Source of the DNA: Puniceicoccaceae bacterium
GTDB taxonomy: Bacteria; Verrucomicrobiota; Verrucomicrobiia; Opitutales; Oceanipulchritudinaceae
Length of the DNA: 64,000 bases
Direction: 5' to 3'
Assembly (NCBI GenBank): GCA_040830765.1
Contig: JBFOMH010000004.1
Location: forward strand, 1 to 64,000
The position numbers and the translations under genes were made by a program. Shown piece by piece: positions 19,303-29,464 of the stretch (its first letter is position 1; every line of letters begins with the position of its first letter). The notes under the pieces are model-generated. The model was not told the origin of the DNA, made no database searches, and saw only the letters and a list, made by a program, of their open reading frames with translations.

Positions 19303-19716
19303 CTAAATATACCACATCTCGTCCGTGCTCGTGGTCATGAAGTCTTCCACGCTCACTTCCTTCAGCGAGTCCTCGAACTTGCGGGCAATATCACCCCAGA
19401 TGGCAGCAGTCCTGCCGGAAGAGGCACCTTCCCCTGACGGGCTGTGGGCCAGGACTTCCCCCTCAACCGCCTTCATGATGTCATAGAGGCTGATCTCCGA
19501 CGGATTCCGGGCCAGGGCATAACCTCCCTGCTTGCCCCGCTTGCTGGTGATCAACCCCGCCGTGCGGAGCTCGTTGAGAATCTGGACGAGATAGTTTGAA
19601 GGTATCGATTCAGCCTTCGCCAAATCCTCGATGTGGGGCAGCTCCGCCTTGTTGACGGTGTATCCCAGCTGCGCCAGCACCTGGCAGGCGTATTCAACTT
19701 TCAGGCTTAACTTCAT
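19303..19716 (-). CDS. Rrf2-family transcriptional regulator (CymR-like, no Fe-S cysteine triad)
   Basis: MKLSLKVEYA, IPSNYLVQIL, SKRGKQGGYALAR and ISLYDIMKAVEG. Confidence 0.92.
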   Translation of the reverse strand: MKLSLKVEYACQVLAQLGYTVNKAELPHIEDLAKAESIPSNYLVQILNELRTAGLITSKRGKQGGYALARNPSEISLYDIMKAVEGEVLAHSPSGEGASSGRTAAIWGDIARKFEDSLKEVSVEDFMTTSTDEMWYI

Positions 19717-19738
19717 GATCCCTATTCTTCCGTGCAGT

Positions 19739-19761
19739 ATTTTGGGTTTCAAACCTAAAAT
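19739..19761. promoter_or_regulatory. 11-1-11 inverted repeat; candidate Rrf2 operator
   Basis: ATTTTGGGTTT-C-AAACCTAAAAT (10/11 symmetric), 22 nt upstream of the rrf2 start in the divergent rrf2/glnD intergenic region. Confidence 0.55.
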
Positions 19762-19847
19762 TAAAGAAGGGCCAGGACGCCACCCCTGCGGATATCGGTT
19801 CAGCCGTGCCTTGCATTCCTCCAATCGGGCCGCATAGTCCTCAATTC

Positions 19848-22652
19848 GTGGCAACCTCACTGCCCAGACCTGAGCGATTCTATGAGAAGATGACGCAACT
19901 GGCTGGTCGGCTTGGATTGACGGAGAAGTCGGGAACCCAAGGCGAACAACTGGCGCGTTATCGTGCTTATCTGGACCAATCCAGCCAGCTGATCGCGCGG
20001 TACCACCGGCGCGGAGGAAGCGGCTTACGGGTTGTGCACTGCCGTTCAATCGCCATCGACGTCCTGATTGCGCACCTGTACGACCTTGCCTGCCACCGGA
20101 TCAAGGAAGAACAGGGGAAGCTATGCGCGGCGGTGTCCCTGCTGGCGCTTGGCGGGTATGGCCGCTCCGAGCTCTGCCCGTTCAGCGATGTGGATCTGAT
20201 GTTTCTTTACCCGGCCAAGGTGAAGGCATCGGGATTCAAGGACATGCAGCGCCTGTTCAATGACACCATCCTCTACATGTTGTGGGACCTCAACCTCAAG
20301 GTAGGCCACAGTACCCGGACCATCAAGGAGGCCCTGGCCGAGGCGGAAGAGGATGAGCAAAGCAAGAATGCGATGCTGGAATCCCGACTGATCTGCGGGG
20401 ACGAAAGACTCTACAAGCAATTCTCAAAGGACTACAGTCGCTATATCCGCAAGGACAACGTCTTTGCCTATCTCACGGAACGGCTCAAGGACCAGTTGCA
20501 AAGGCGCGAGAAGCACGGAAACACCGTCTTTTTGCAGGAACCGGACATCAAGAGCGGGGTTGGTGGCCTGCGGGACTACCAGAACATGCTCTGGATGACC
20601 CGGCTGCAATATGACGGCAAGGGACTGGAACATCTGGTCAAGCTGAAGCTTATTCGGCGCAAGGAACACGCGGCACTGGTGAACGCGTACGACTTCCTGC
20701 TCCGTGTCCGCAATGAACTGCACTTCCTGAGCAACCGGGCCTCCGATCTGCTGGATATCGAGAAGCAGCCAAAAGTGGCCTGGGGGATCGGCTACAAGCA
20801 CCGCCCGATCTTTCCACGAGTGGAAGCGTTCATGCGGGATTACTACCAGGCTACCTACAAGATTTATCACCTCTCAACCTATCTTGAGAAGCGCATGTCC
20901 CTGAACGCGCAGACGTCTGTATCCTTCCATTCTGTTCTTGAGTCGAGGCGCCTTGGAAAAACGGAACGCTTTGACGGCTTTGCCGTCCAGGGAAACCTCC
21001 TCATGGCTGGTTCCGATTCTGTCTTCAAGGATGATCCGATTCGCCTCATCCGGGTATTCCGGCACATGCAATCACGAGGCCTTGAGCTGGACTTCGATCT
21101 AGAGCGCCTCATCGTGGAATCCCTCGAACTGATAACGCGCCCAGTCGTTGAATCAGAGGACGCCAACCGGTCATTCCGCTCCATTCTGCAGTCCAAAGGG
21201 AATGTCTACCCGATTCTCTACCTGATGAACACCACCGGGGTCCTGTCGGCCTTCATGCCGGAGTGGAAGGGCCTGCACTGCCTCGTCCAACATGAGTACT
21301 ATCACCGCTACCCGGCGGACGAACATGTGCTCAAGACGATCAAGGAACTGGATAATATCTTTTCCGGGGAAGAGCCGGGTTTAACCCGCAAATACCGCCA
21401 GGCCCTGGAAGAAACCGAGTTACCCGGGCTACTGTATTTGATCCTGCTCCTGCACGATATCGGGAAGTCGGAGGCCATTGAGAATCACAGTGAAATTGGT
21501 GCCCAAATGGCCGTTCCGGTCCTCGATCGCCTGCAAGTCGTCGAGAAGGCACGCGAAAAAATTCTCTTTCTGATTCGGAATCATCTGGAAATGGCACGAA
21601 TCTGGCAGAGATACGACCTGGATGACCCTCAAACTGCCAGTTTATTTGCCCAGATGGTCGGCTCCGGAGAAAACCTCCGGTACCTCTATGTCCTTACTTT
21701 CTGTGATGCTCGAGGAACATCCCATGGCTTGTGGAACGGATTCAAGGATGCTCTCCACCACAACCTGTACAAAATCACCCTTGGCTGCCTGCAGGCACCC
21801 GGTGCCACACCTCCCGCATTACCCATGATTTCACCCGCCAGTATTCTAAAGAAAGCTCCCAATCTTTCGGAAGAGGAAATCGAGGCCCACTTCAATCTTC
21901 TTCCGGATAGGTATTTCAGCTACCACAACGAGAAGGAAATCCTCCTTCACCTGGAAATGATCCACAGCCTGCTGCACAATATTTCCACGGCAGACTCGCT
22001 TGGCTCATTGGTACCGGTTGTTGAATGGGAGGATGACGTGAATCTCGGCCTGACGGTCGTCCATGTGGTGACCTGGGACCGGGCCGGATTGTTCTACAAG
22101 CTCTCCGGTGCCTTGACCCTGGCCGGCCTTTCCATTGTAAGCTCGAAGGCCTTGTCTCGTGCCGACCATATCACAATCGACACCTTCTATGTCAGTGATC
22201 CGGCCGGTGGCATGGTGAAGGACCCGGATGCCCTCAAGCTCTTCAAGCATCACCTCGAGGACACGCTTATCCGCAACGAGGACCTGTTCCCGAAAATCGC
22301 CGCCCAGGCTGAAAGCAACAGCCAGCCCAGCTACCTGAAGACGGACAGCACCCTGCAAACCTCCATTCCGGTCCGGGTGGATGTTTACCACGAGCTCTCG
22401 CTTAAGCGGACAATTATCGAAATCGAAGCCAATGATGAATTGGGTCTGCTCTACAAGCTGGCCCGGATTATCACCAGGCAGGGCTTTGACATTACCTTTG
22501 CGAGAATTTCCACCGAGCGCAAAGTGGCGGTCGACACTTTCTACATCGAACCCAACCAGCCGGGAACCGAAGAAGAGAATTCCGACCGCCTGATTGAGCT
22601 CAAGGAACAATTGCTGGAAGTCCTGCAAAGCTCACGCAAAGAGGTCTCCTGA
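19848..22652 (+). CDS. glnD: [Protein-PII] uridylyltransferase/uridylyl-removing enzyme
   Basis: ALGGYGRSELCPFSDVDL NTase motif, EPDIKSGVGGLRD, HD domain (HRYPADEH, LLHDIGK) and two ACT domains. Start is uncertain (GTG 19848 or ATG 19890). Confidence 0.95.
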   Translation: MATSLPRPERFYEKMTQLAGRLGLTEKSGTQGEQLARYRAYLDQSSQLIARYHRRGGSGLRVVHCRSIAIDVLIAHLYDLACHRIKEEQGKLCAAVSLLALGGYGRSELCPFSDVDLMFLYPAKVKASGFKDMQRLFNDTILYMLWDLNLKVGHSTRTIKEALAEAEEDEQSKNAMLESRLICGDERLYKQFSKDYSRYIRKDNVFAYLTERLKDQLQRREKHGNTVFLQEPDIKSGVGGLRDYQNMLWMTRLQYDGKGLEHLVKLKLIRRKEHAALVNAYDFLLRVRNELHFLSNRASDLLDIEKQPKVAWGIGYKHRPIFPRVEAFMRDYYQATYKIYHLSTYLEKRMSLNAQTSVSFHSVLESRRLGKTERFDGFAVQGNLLMAGSDSVFKDDPIRLIRVFRHMQSRGLELDFDLERLIVESLELITRPVVESEDANRSFRSILQSKGNVYPILYLMNTTGVLSAFMPEWKGLHCLVQHEYYHRYPADEHVLKTIKELDNIFSGEEPGLTRKYRQALEETELPGLLYLILLLHDIGKSEAIENHSEIGAQMAVPVLDRLQVVEKAREKILFLIRNHLEMARIWQRYDLDDPQTASLFAQMVGSGENLRYLYVLTFCDARGTSHGLWNGFKDALHHNLYKITLGCLQAPGATPPALPMISPASILKKAPNLSEEEIEAHFNLLPDRYFSYHNEKEILLHLEMIHSLLHNISTADSLGSLVPVVEWEDDVNLGLTVVHVVTWDRAGLFYKLSGALTLAGLSIVSSKALSRADHITIDTFYVSDPAGGMVKDPDALKLFKHHLEDTLIRNEDLFPKIAAQAESNSQPSYLKTDSTLQTSIPVRVDVYHELSLKRTIIEIEANDELGLLYKLARIITRQGFDITFARISTERKVAVDTFYIEPNQPGTEEENSDRLIELKEQLLEVLQSSRKEVS

Positions 22653-22737
22653 GCCGCCCTTGGGGAATAAAAGATTTGGATTGGAATGCCCCCGGCGGGC
22701 ACCATATTTAAATCCAGCTGGCATATCAGCGGACGGC

Positions 22738-24453
22738 ATGAGAAGAGGATCCGAGCAACAGGCAATTGACGCCCTTTACCGGGTTACCCGGGTGGTCAAC
22801 AGTACTGACGACCCCCGCGAGGCGCTGGAATTGATCATTGACGAGATCATGCATGTCCTGCCGGCGGAATCCGCTGCCATCGAGTTGATGAACCCGGACC
22901 GGACCCACCTCATGGTGGAAGTCTACCGCGGCTTTCCGAAGGAACTCACAGAAACCCACCTCAAGGTGGGGATGGGCGTGACAGGATGGGTGGCCCTGCA
23001 TGGTAAGGCCCTCAATATAGGAAATGTCCGTGAAGATGCCCGCTATATCGAGATCGATCCACGCATTCGATCCGAGCTCGCGGTCCCCATGCTGAATGAT
23101 TCCGGCTTGCTCATCGGGGTGGTCAATGTGGACAGTTCGAAGCCCGATGCCTTCAGCGACAGCGACAAGAAAATCCTCACCCTGCTGGCAGCGGAAGCGA
23201 CCCGTGTCCTCAGCCGGCTCTGGTTGATCCAGCAACTGCGCCATACCGCGGGACAGTTGGAGGCGCTGATCGACATCGCCCAGACCATTGCCACCAAACG
23301 ACGCCTGGAGGACCTCTTGCAGACCATCGCCTCCCGGTCGACCGAAATCATCGCCTGTAAGCTATCAGCAATCTTCCTGCTGAATCCTGAAGACGGTAAA
23401 CTGACCTTGCGGGCCGCCAGTGGCCTCGATGAACGGACCAACCTGAGTGAGAGCATCTCCCTTGAGGAATCCGCCATCGGCACCGCTTTCCGGCGTTGCA
23501 AGACGATTGAAATCAACGACCTGCCGAAGATTGAAGAACATCACTTCCAAGAGCTGATCCAGGAGGAAAACCTGGTCTCCATGCTCGCCTGTCCGATCCA
23601 TATCGAAAAGGAGGCCATCGGGGTGCTCAACATCTACATGGGGCACCAGCACTTCTTCACGGACAGCGAAAAGCGAGTCTTCGAGACGCTGGCCAGCCTT
23701 GGTGCTACCGCCATCCGCAACGCCCAGTTGTATGAACGGATTTTCCAGAGCGAGGAATTGCTCAGGCGCTCGGAGCGCTTAACCACCCTGGGACTGCTGT
23801 CGGCGGAAATCGCCCACGAGATCCGGAATCCCCTGACGGTCATCCAGTTGCTTTTCGAAAGCCTTTCGCTCGACTTCGAGGAAGCGGACCCGCGTTGCAA
23901 GGACGTCAAGGTCATCAACGAGAAGCTGAACCAGTTGGAATCAATCGTCAGCCGCGTCCTCGATTTCGGGAAGTCGCAACAGGAAATGCACTCGCGCTAC
24001 AACCTGGACCAGCTGATTGAGGATACCTTGCACCTTGTCCGACTGAAATTGCGCCAGTTGCAAGTGGAGGTTGAGTTTACCCGAGCCGCCGATCCCCCAC
24101 CCTATGCGGATGTCAACAAGGGACAGATCCAACAGGCCATCCTCAATCTCCTTATCAATGCCACCCAGGCCATGCCGGACGGTGGGCGTATCGAAATTTC
24201 CACGACAGTTGAGGGTGAAGACGACTTTCCCCTGGCGGTCATCCGCATCAGCGATAATGGGGGCGGCATCGATCCGGGATTGCATGACGCCATATTCGAC
24301 TCCTTCCTCACCGGCCGCCCGGACGGGACGGGCCTGGGGCTATCCATCGTGAAGCGAATCCTCAAGTCACACAGCGGATCCATCGAGGTGGAGAAAAGCA
24401 GCCCTGAAGGGACAACCATGAAGATGGCCCTGCCCCTGGCCACCATGCGATAA
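22738..24453 (+). CDS. Cytoplasmic GAF-GAF sensor histidine kinase
   Basis: Two GAF domains (GVTGWVA...RSELAVPM; SMLACPI...GVLNIY), H-box AHEIRNPL, N-box NLLINATQA, DNGGGI and GTGLGL. No TM segment. Confidence 0.9.
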   Translation: MRRGSEQQAIDALYRVTRVVNSTDDPREALELIIDEIMHVLPAESAAIELMNPDRTHLMVEVYRGFPKELTETHLKVGMGVTGWVALHGKALNIGNVREDARYIEIDPRIRSELAVPMLNDSGLLIGVVNVDSSKPDAFSDSDKKILTLLAAEATRVLSRLWLIQQLRHTAGQLEALIDIAQTIATKRRLEDLLQTIASRSTEIIACKLSAIFLLNPEDGKLTLRAASGLDERTNLSESISLEESAIGTAFRRCKTIEINDLPKIEEHHFQELIQEENLVSMLACPIHIEKEAIGVLNIYMGHQHFFTDSEKRVFETLASLGATAIRNAQLYERIFQSEELLRRSERLTTLGLLSAEIAHEIRNPLTVIQLLFESLSLDFEEADPRCKDVKVINEKLNQLESIVSRVLDFGKSQQEMHSRYNLDQLIEDTLHLVRLKLRQLQVEVEFTRAADPPPYADVNKGQIQQAILNLLINATQAMPDGGRIEISTTVEGEDDFPLAVIRISDNGGGIDPGLHDAIFDSFLTGRPDGTGLGLSIVKRILKSHSGSIEVEKSSPEGTTMKMALPLATMR

Positions 24454-24467
24454 GGTCCGCCGAACCC

Positions 24468-25103
24468 TCAGGAAACGTTTCGCTCGACCGGAAGGAAGTG
24501 CCGCCACTCCTGCTCGATCCGGGAAGAGGCAACCACTGCGGAGAAGGGACGCCACTTGGGCCGCACGGGCTTGCGGATGAGCTTCAATCCGGCTTCATGC
24601 GGAAGGCGGTTGGCCTTCAGGGAATTGATATCGCGCCGGCAGGTGACAATATTTTCCCAACTGGTGCGCCCGCCCCGTTCCCTTGGGATGACATGATCCA
24701 GGGTCAAATCCGAGGCCTTGCAGCGCTTGCCGGTGTACTGGCAAGTATAGTTGTCACGGATAAAGATATTTTCCCGGTTGAACTTGATTTCAGTGACCGG
24801 AAGACGGTCATAGCTGCGCAGGAGGAGAACCTTGGGAATGAGGATATTGAGGCGTACGGTATGGATAAAGTCCCTCCCGGGACCACCCTCAACCTCCTGG
24901 GAATAGGCGATCCACTCGCCGGCATCCATGGGAGCAAACTCGCCATTGGAGGTGTTGATGACCCGTGCATGATCCTGGCACAGCAAACTGAAGGCCCTGC
25001 GGACGCCGACAATGTTGACCGCCTGCCAGTTGCGGTTGAGGACCAGCACCCGGTGTCCGGCTACGGATGGCAAAAGGTCTGTTTGGTTGTTTTCGACTGA
25101 CAT
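24468..25103 (-). CDS. HNH endonuclease (McrA-like)
   Basis: VLVLNRNWQ, RENIFIRDNYTCQY, LTLDHVIPRERGG and WENIVTC...NSLKANR. Confidence 0.9.
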   Translation of the reverse strand: MSVENNQTDLLPSVAGHRVLVLNRNWQAVNIVGVRRAFSLLCQDHARVINTSNGEFAPMDAGEWIAYSQEVEGGPGRDFIHTVRLNILIPKVLLLRSYDRLPVTEIKFNRENIFIRDNYTCQYTGKRCKASDLTLDHVIPRERGGRTSWENIVTCRRDINSLKANRLPHEAGLKLIRKPVRPKWRPFSAVVASSRIEQEWRHFLPVERNVS

Positions 25104-25278
25104 GGCTAGAGGCTAACTCGGGCTTGTTTCTCAAGGTGCGTTCGCGACAACGACTGTCAACGTCAAACACTCCCTGGCATCCAATGGCGGGCCATGTTGC
25201 AGAGTTGTCACGCAGGTGGCCCGAAGTTTGCCATTTTCTAATTGTACTGAGGAAAATGAAACTTGAAGATATTTCTGA

Positions 25279-26706
25279 ATGAGTAACCGGAAATACCGTC
25301 ACACCAAGATCGTCTTCACCATTGGTCCAGCAACCAACAATGTGGACACCCTGAGTGAGCTCTTGCACAAGGGGGTGGATGTCTGCCGCTTCAACATGGC
25401 GCATGCTGACCACGATTGGACCCGCGAGGCGATTGCCAACATCGAGGCGGCATCGAATGCTGTCGGCCGCCGTGTCGCCCTGATGATGGACGTCAAGGGT
25501 CCGGAAATCCGGACCGGCTTCCTGGAGGAAGCGTTCGAACTGGAACGGGATGAGGAGTTTGAATTTTTTCTCGATTCGGAAGCCGAACCTGTAACGACAG
25601 GGGTACGCGGCGTGCGCATCAATTATCCAAGTCTCAAGGACGACGTTGCGGTGGGTGATACCATTCTCGTCGACAGCGGCCTCATCCGGTTGCGCGTCCT
25701 CGAGGTGACAAATGAAAAGATCCGTTGCCTGGTCCGTATCGGCGGGCAACTGGGAAGCCGGCGTCATATCAACCTGCCGGGAGTCCACGTCAACCTCCCG
25801 GCCCTGACCATCAAGGACCGCAAGGATATTGAAATCGGGATCGAAAACGGGATCGACTTTTTTGCCCTCAGTTTTGTCCGCAGCGGGGATGACCTGGATA
25901 TCCTCCGGCGCTTTATCGAGGAACGGGGCTCAAAGGCCCGTATCATTGCCAAGATTGAGGACCAGTCCGCCATCTCCAATCTGGACGAAATCGTCACTGC
26001 TTCGGACGGCCTGATGGTAGCCCGGGGCGACCTCGGAATTGAGATTCCCTTTGAAACACTGCCGGTCGTCCAGCGACGGGCGGTCCGTACCTGCCAGAAG
26101 ATGGGCAAGCCGGTCATCGTCGCCACCCACATGCTGGAATCGATGATCACCAATCCCCTACCCACACGGGCGGAAATAACGGATATTTCCAATGCGGTGT
26201 TCGAGCAGGCGGACTGCGTCATGCTCTCTGGGGAGACCACTGTCGGGAAGTATCCTGTCGAGTGCGTCGACGTCATGAACAAGGTCATCCTGTCCGTGGA
26301 ATCGCAGGATGAGCGGCGGCACAATGAATCATTTCCCTTGCGCTCACCAAGGGCGCTGATGCTCAAGGCGGCGATGATTTTCAGTGATGAACTGTCGAAC
26401 AGCTCCATCCTGGTATTTACCCGCAGCGGCTACCTGGCCCGCACCCTGAGTGCCCTCCGCCCACGCAAGTCCCCGATTTTCGCCTTTACGGACGTGGAGG
26501 AGGTCTTTGAGAACCTTCTCATTTACTGGGGGGTGGAGCCATTCCTGATGGACTTCGATAAGGATCCCGAAACAACCGTCCAACGGGCACTGACCCGCCT
26601 GAAGGGGCGCGGTTGGGTCGAGAGCCGTCAGAATATCGTAGTCATCTCCAATGTGCTCGCGAGGGAGAAAGTAGTCGACAGCATCCAGTATCGAACGGTC
26701 CCTTAA
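25279..26706 (+). CDS. pyk: Pyruvate kinase
   Basis: TKIVFTIGPA, RFNMAH, DVKGPEIRTG, AKIE, MVARGDLG and MLSGETTVG. Confidence 0.97.
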   Translation: MSNRKYRHTKIVFTIGPATNNVDTLSELLHKGVDVCRFNMAHADHDWTREAIANIEAASNAVGRRVALMMDVKGPEIRTGFLEEAFELERDEEFEFFLDSEAEPVTTGVRGVRINYPSLKDDVAVGDTILVDSGLIRLRVLEVTNEKIRCLVRIGGQLGSRRHINLPGVHVNLPALTIKDRKDIEIGIENGIDFFALSFVRSGDDLDILRRFIEERGSKARIIAKIEDQSAISNLDEIVTASDGLMVARGDLGIEIPFETLPVVQRRAVRTCQKMGKPVIVATHMLESMITNPLPTRAEITDISNAVFEQADCVMLSGETTVGKYPVECVDVMNKVILSVESQDERRHNESFPLRSPRALMLKAAMIFSDELSNSSILVFTRSGYLARTLSALRPRKSPIFAFTDVEEVFENLLIYWGVEPFLMDFDKDPETTVQRALTRLKGRGWVESRQNIVVISNVLAREKVVDSIQYRTVP

Positions 26707-28055
26707 GCCTTCAACCGGTCGGGCCCGGCCAGGCCCTCAATACGATCCCGCAATCCCTTGCGGAACTTGAAGAATCCAGCACCCGCATGCGGCCAGTGGA
26801 CGGAATCCCACTGGTTACGGTATTCGAACAGCTTGATATTCCTCGCCTTGAGTGCTTTTCGCAAGTTGGCCGTCGCATCTTTCCAGGGACCTACCGGGGG
26901 TTGGACCATCCAGACAGACTTCAAATTTTCGTTTTGCGCCCAGGTAACGACACTTGGGACCCACTTGTCCACATAGCCTGTATGAACACGGGGATCCTCC
27001 ATCAAACCAACGTTACCGGAACCGGCCTTGCCAGCCTTACGACTTACCGTTCCGGAGTGGTTGACCACTTTGGCTGACCAGTGCTGGGCAGTACGACGGG
27101 CACAATCCTCGACCGCGCCATTGACGAAAGCGCGCACTCCGGGAGCAGCTTGAATGACATCCATCCGGTCAGCTCCGTTGAAAACACAAAATGAAGCGAA
27201 TGGACTGTCCTGAAGGGGGCCCAGTTCAGGAGTCAGCTCCTCCGGACAAACCAGCAAACCGGCAGGGCTCTCAGAGAGACTTGGAAACGCGTAAGCGGTC
27301 AAGGTATCAACGTTGGACAAAGGAATCTGCCGATGCGTCCGGGAAGGCACCAGATCGTTCGGTTGCTCGTTTAGCTGACCTTCCGGATTAAATTCACCGT
27401 TGGTATATTTGGCGATGTTGCTGGCACGGGCAATATATCGCTTCCCCTTGGTATGAAGCCCGGCTACCCAGCGCCACGACAATGTATTTGAAGCGGGATC
27501 GCCGTCCAGGAGGTGCTCAAGGAAGAAGGCTGCCCCCAACTCCCAGGGGAGGCGGAGCGTAAATATCCAAATACTGGCAAACCACATGCGGGCGTGATTG
27601 TGCAACCACCCGTTTGTTCGCAGCTGACCCACCCAATGGTCGAAGCACTCTATACCTGTTTGCCCGAATATGGCTGATTGCCAGCGCTCGAGATCCAAAT
27701 CATTCATCGTATCCGGCAACTGCTTCCGTTGCTCACGGTAGTGGGCCCAGATAGACGGATGCAATTCGAGATACCCCTTCCAGTAGGTCCGCCACGCGAC
27801 TTCCTCAATGAACTTGGCCGCTGTTTCGTAACTGTGCTCCCTGAGGACGGTGGCAATAACCTCCCGCTCACGAATTAGCCGGCTTCGGATGTAGGGACTC
27901 AAGCCGCTGACGTACAGACTGCCGGGGTAGTCATAGTTGCGCTTTGCGGCATATTGGGGAACCTTGTCGAGAAACTGGTCCAGCAAAGCAAGGCCCGCAT
28001 CCCGTGAGGATTCGAGCTCAAGCACGCCGACAACCTGCTCCTTGACTGATTTCAT
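26703..28055 (-). CDS. Photolyase with N-terminal FAD-binding domain (inverted domain order, NewPHL-like)
   Basis: YAAKRNYD, VSGLSPYI, KFIEEVAWRTYWKG, GWLHNHARMWFASIW and LLDGDPASNTLSWRWVAGLHT all lie in the N-terminal half. C-terminal WPHAGAGFFKF. Confidence 0.85.
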   Translation of the reverse strand: MKSVKEQVVGVLELESSRDAGLALLDQFLDKVPQYAAKRNYDYPGSLYVSGLSPYIRSRLIREREVIATVLREHSYETAAKFIEEVAWRTYWKGYLELHPSIWAHYREQRKQLPDTMNDLDLERWQSAIFGQTGIECFDHWVGQLRTNGWLHNHARMWFASIWIFTLRLPWELGAAFFLEHLLDGDPASNTLSWRWVAGLHTKGKRYIARASNIAKYTNGEFNPEGQLNEQPNDLVPSRTHRQIPLSNVDTLTAYAFPSLSESPAGLLVCPEELTPELGPLQDSPFASFCVFNGADRMDVIQAAPGVRAFVNGAVEDCARRTAQHWSAKVVNHSGTVSRKAGKAGSGNVGLMEDPRVHTGYVDKWVPSVVTWAQNENLKSVWMVQPPVGPWKDATANLRKALKARNIKLFEYRNQWDSVHWPHAGAGFFKFRKGLRDRIEGLAGPDRLKA

Positions 28056-28186
28056 GCATGAATATTCCAACTTTCCGGCAGATCTTTCACCAAAATTTCC
28101 ATCTGCGGTAAAAACGGCCGATGGACGGCAGAAATCGGGGGATTGGGCATTGCCAAAAGGCAACTGAATCCGTTCCATTCGTGGGC

Positions 28187-29464
28187 ATGAACGCTTCAAC
28201 CGAGCTCTTTGAGAAAGCCTCCCAGTTAATCCCCGGCGGAGTGAATTCCCCAGTCCGTGCCTTTCGCTCAGTCGGCGGGACGCCGTTTTTCACCCAATCT
28301 GCCAACGGCAGCCGCCTGACAACGGTCGACGGGACGGAATTAATTGATTTTGTCTGCACCTGGGGACCTGCCATTCACGGCCATAATCCTCCGAAAGTTC
28401 GTGAAGCCATTGCTGCGGCCCTGGAAAAGGGAACCAGCTTCGGGACCCCCAATCCTTATGAAGTGGAAATCGCCGAGCGTGTCATCGGAATGGTTCCCTC
28501 CCTTGAACAAGTCCGCTTTTGCAACTCGGGGACAGAGGCCACGATGAGCGCCATCCGCCTCGCTCGCGGGGCCACCGGGCGCTCAACCATTGTCAAGTTC
28601 GCCGGCTGTTACCACGGGCATGTTGATTCCTTGCTGGTCAAGGCAGGGTCCGGTGCCCTGACACACGGCAATCCTGACAGTGCCGGCATTCCGGCTGCCT
28701 TTGCGGCGGAAACCCGCGTCCTGGAGTATAATGACAGCGAGGGCCTGGCGTCCCTATTTGCCAGTGAAGGGGATTCCATTGCCGGTGTCATCGTGGAACC
28801 CTACCCGGCCAACTGCGGACTGATTCTTCCGAATCCCGGTTTTCTGGAACAGCTGCGGGAGCTCTGCACCCGGCATGGCACCATCCTCATTTTCGATGAA
28901 GTCATGACCGGATTCCGTCTCGCCGCTGGTGGCGTTCAGGAGTGTACCGGTGTCACCCCTGACCTTACGGCCATGGGTAAAATCATAGGTGGTGGCCTGC
29001 CGGTTGGCGCTTTTGGAGGCAAGCGGGAACTGATGCAGCAGCTGGCCCCGGTCGGCCCGGTTTACCAGGCTGGGACCCTGTCCGGAAATCCCCTCGCCAT
29101 GTCAGCTGGCATTGCCGCGCTCGACCTGCTCCTCGAACAGAATCCCTACAGCGAGCTGGATGCCATGGGCAGTCGCCTCAAGGAAGCCCTCTTGGCCACC
29201 GCTTCGGAAAAAGGCCTCCCCCTTCAGGTGCCCCAGACCGGTTCGATGTTCGCCTTTTTCTTCGCCGAGGAACCCGTGACAAACTTCACCCAGGTCATGG
29301 CCTCGGAAACCAGCCATTTCAAGGTCCTCTTCCGGGAGGCATTGGACCGGGGTGTTTATCTGCCGCCCAGTCCCTTTGAGACCTGTTTTATTTCCACCGC
29401 CCACCAGGACGGGGACATTGATCGGGCAGCGGAGGTTCTATGCGCCTCCATCAAGGCTATCTGA
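28187..29464 (+). CDS. hemL: Glutamate-1-semialdehyde 2,1-aminomutase
   Basis: [44 protein letters not shown] and [10 protein letters not shown]. Confidence 0.97.
   Translation: MNASTELFEKASQLIPGGVNSPVRAFRSVGGTPFFTQSANGSRLTTVDGTELIDFVCTWGPAIHGHNPPKVREAIAAALEKGTSFGTPNPYEVEIAERVIGMVPSLEQVRFCNSGTEATMSAIRLARGATGRSTIVKFAGCYHGHVDSLLVKAGSGALTHGNPDSAGIPAAFAAETRVLEYNDSEGLASLFASEGDSIAGVIVEPYPANCGLILPNPGFLEQLRELCTRHGTILIFDEVMTGFRLAAGGVQECTGVTPDLTAMGKIIGGGLPVGAFGGKRELMQQLAPVGPVYQAGTLSGNPLAMSAGIAALDLLLEQNPYSELDAMGSRLKEALLATASEKGLPLQVPQTGSMFAFFFAEEPVTNFTQVMASETSHFKVLFREALDRGVYLPPSPFETCFISTAHQDGDIDRAAEVLCASIKAI

Noticed and set aside
24468..25103. HNH gene as part of a restriction, CRISPR or mobile system
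   Set aside because: No methyltransferase, cas gene, repeat array, intron or terminal repeats are adjacent.
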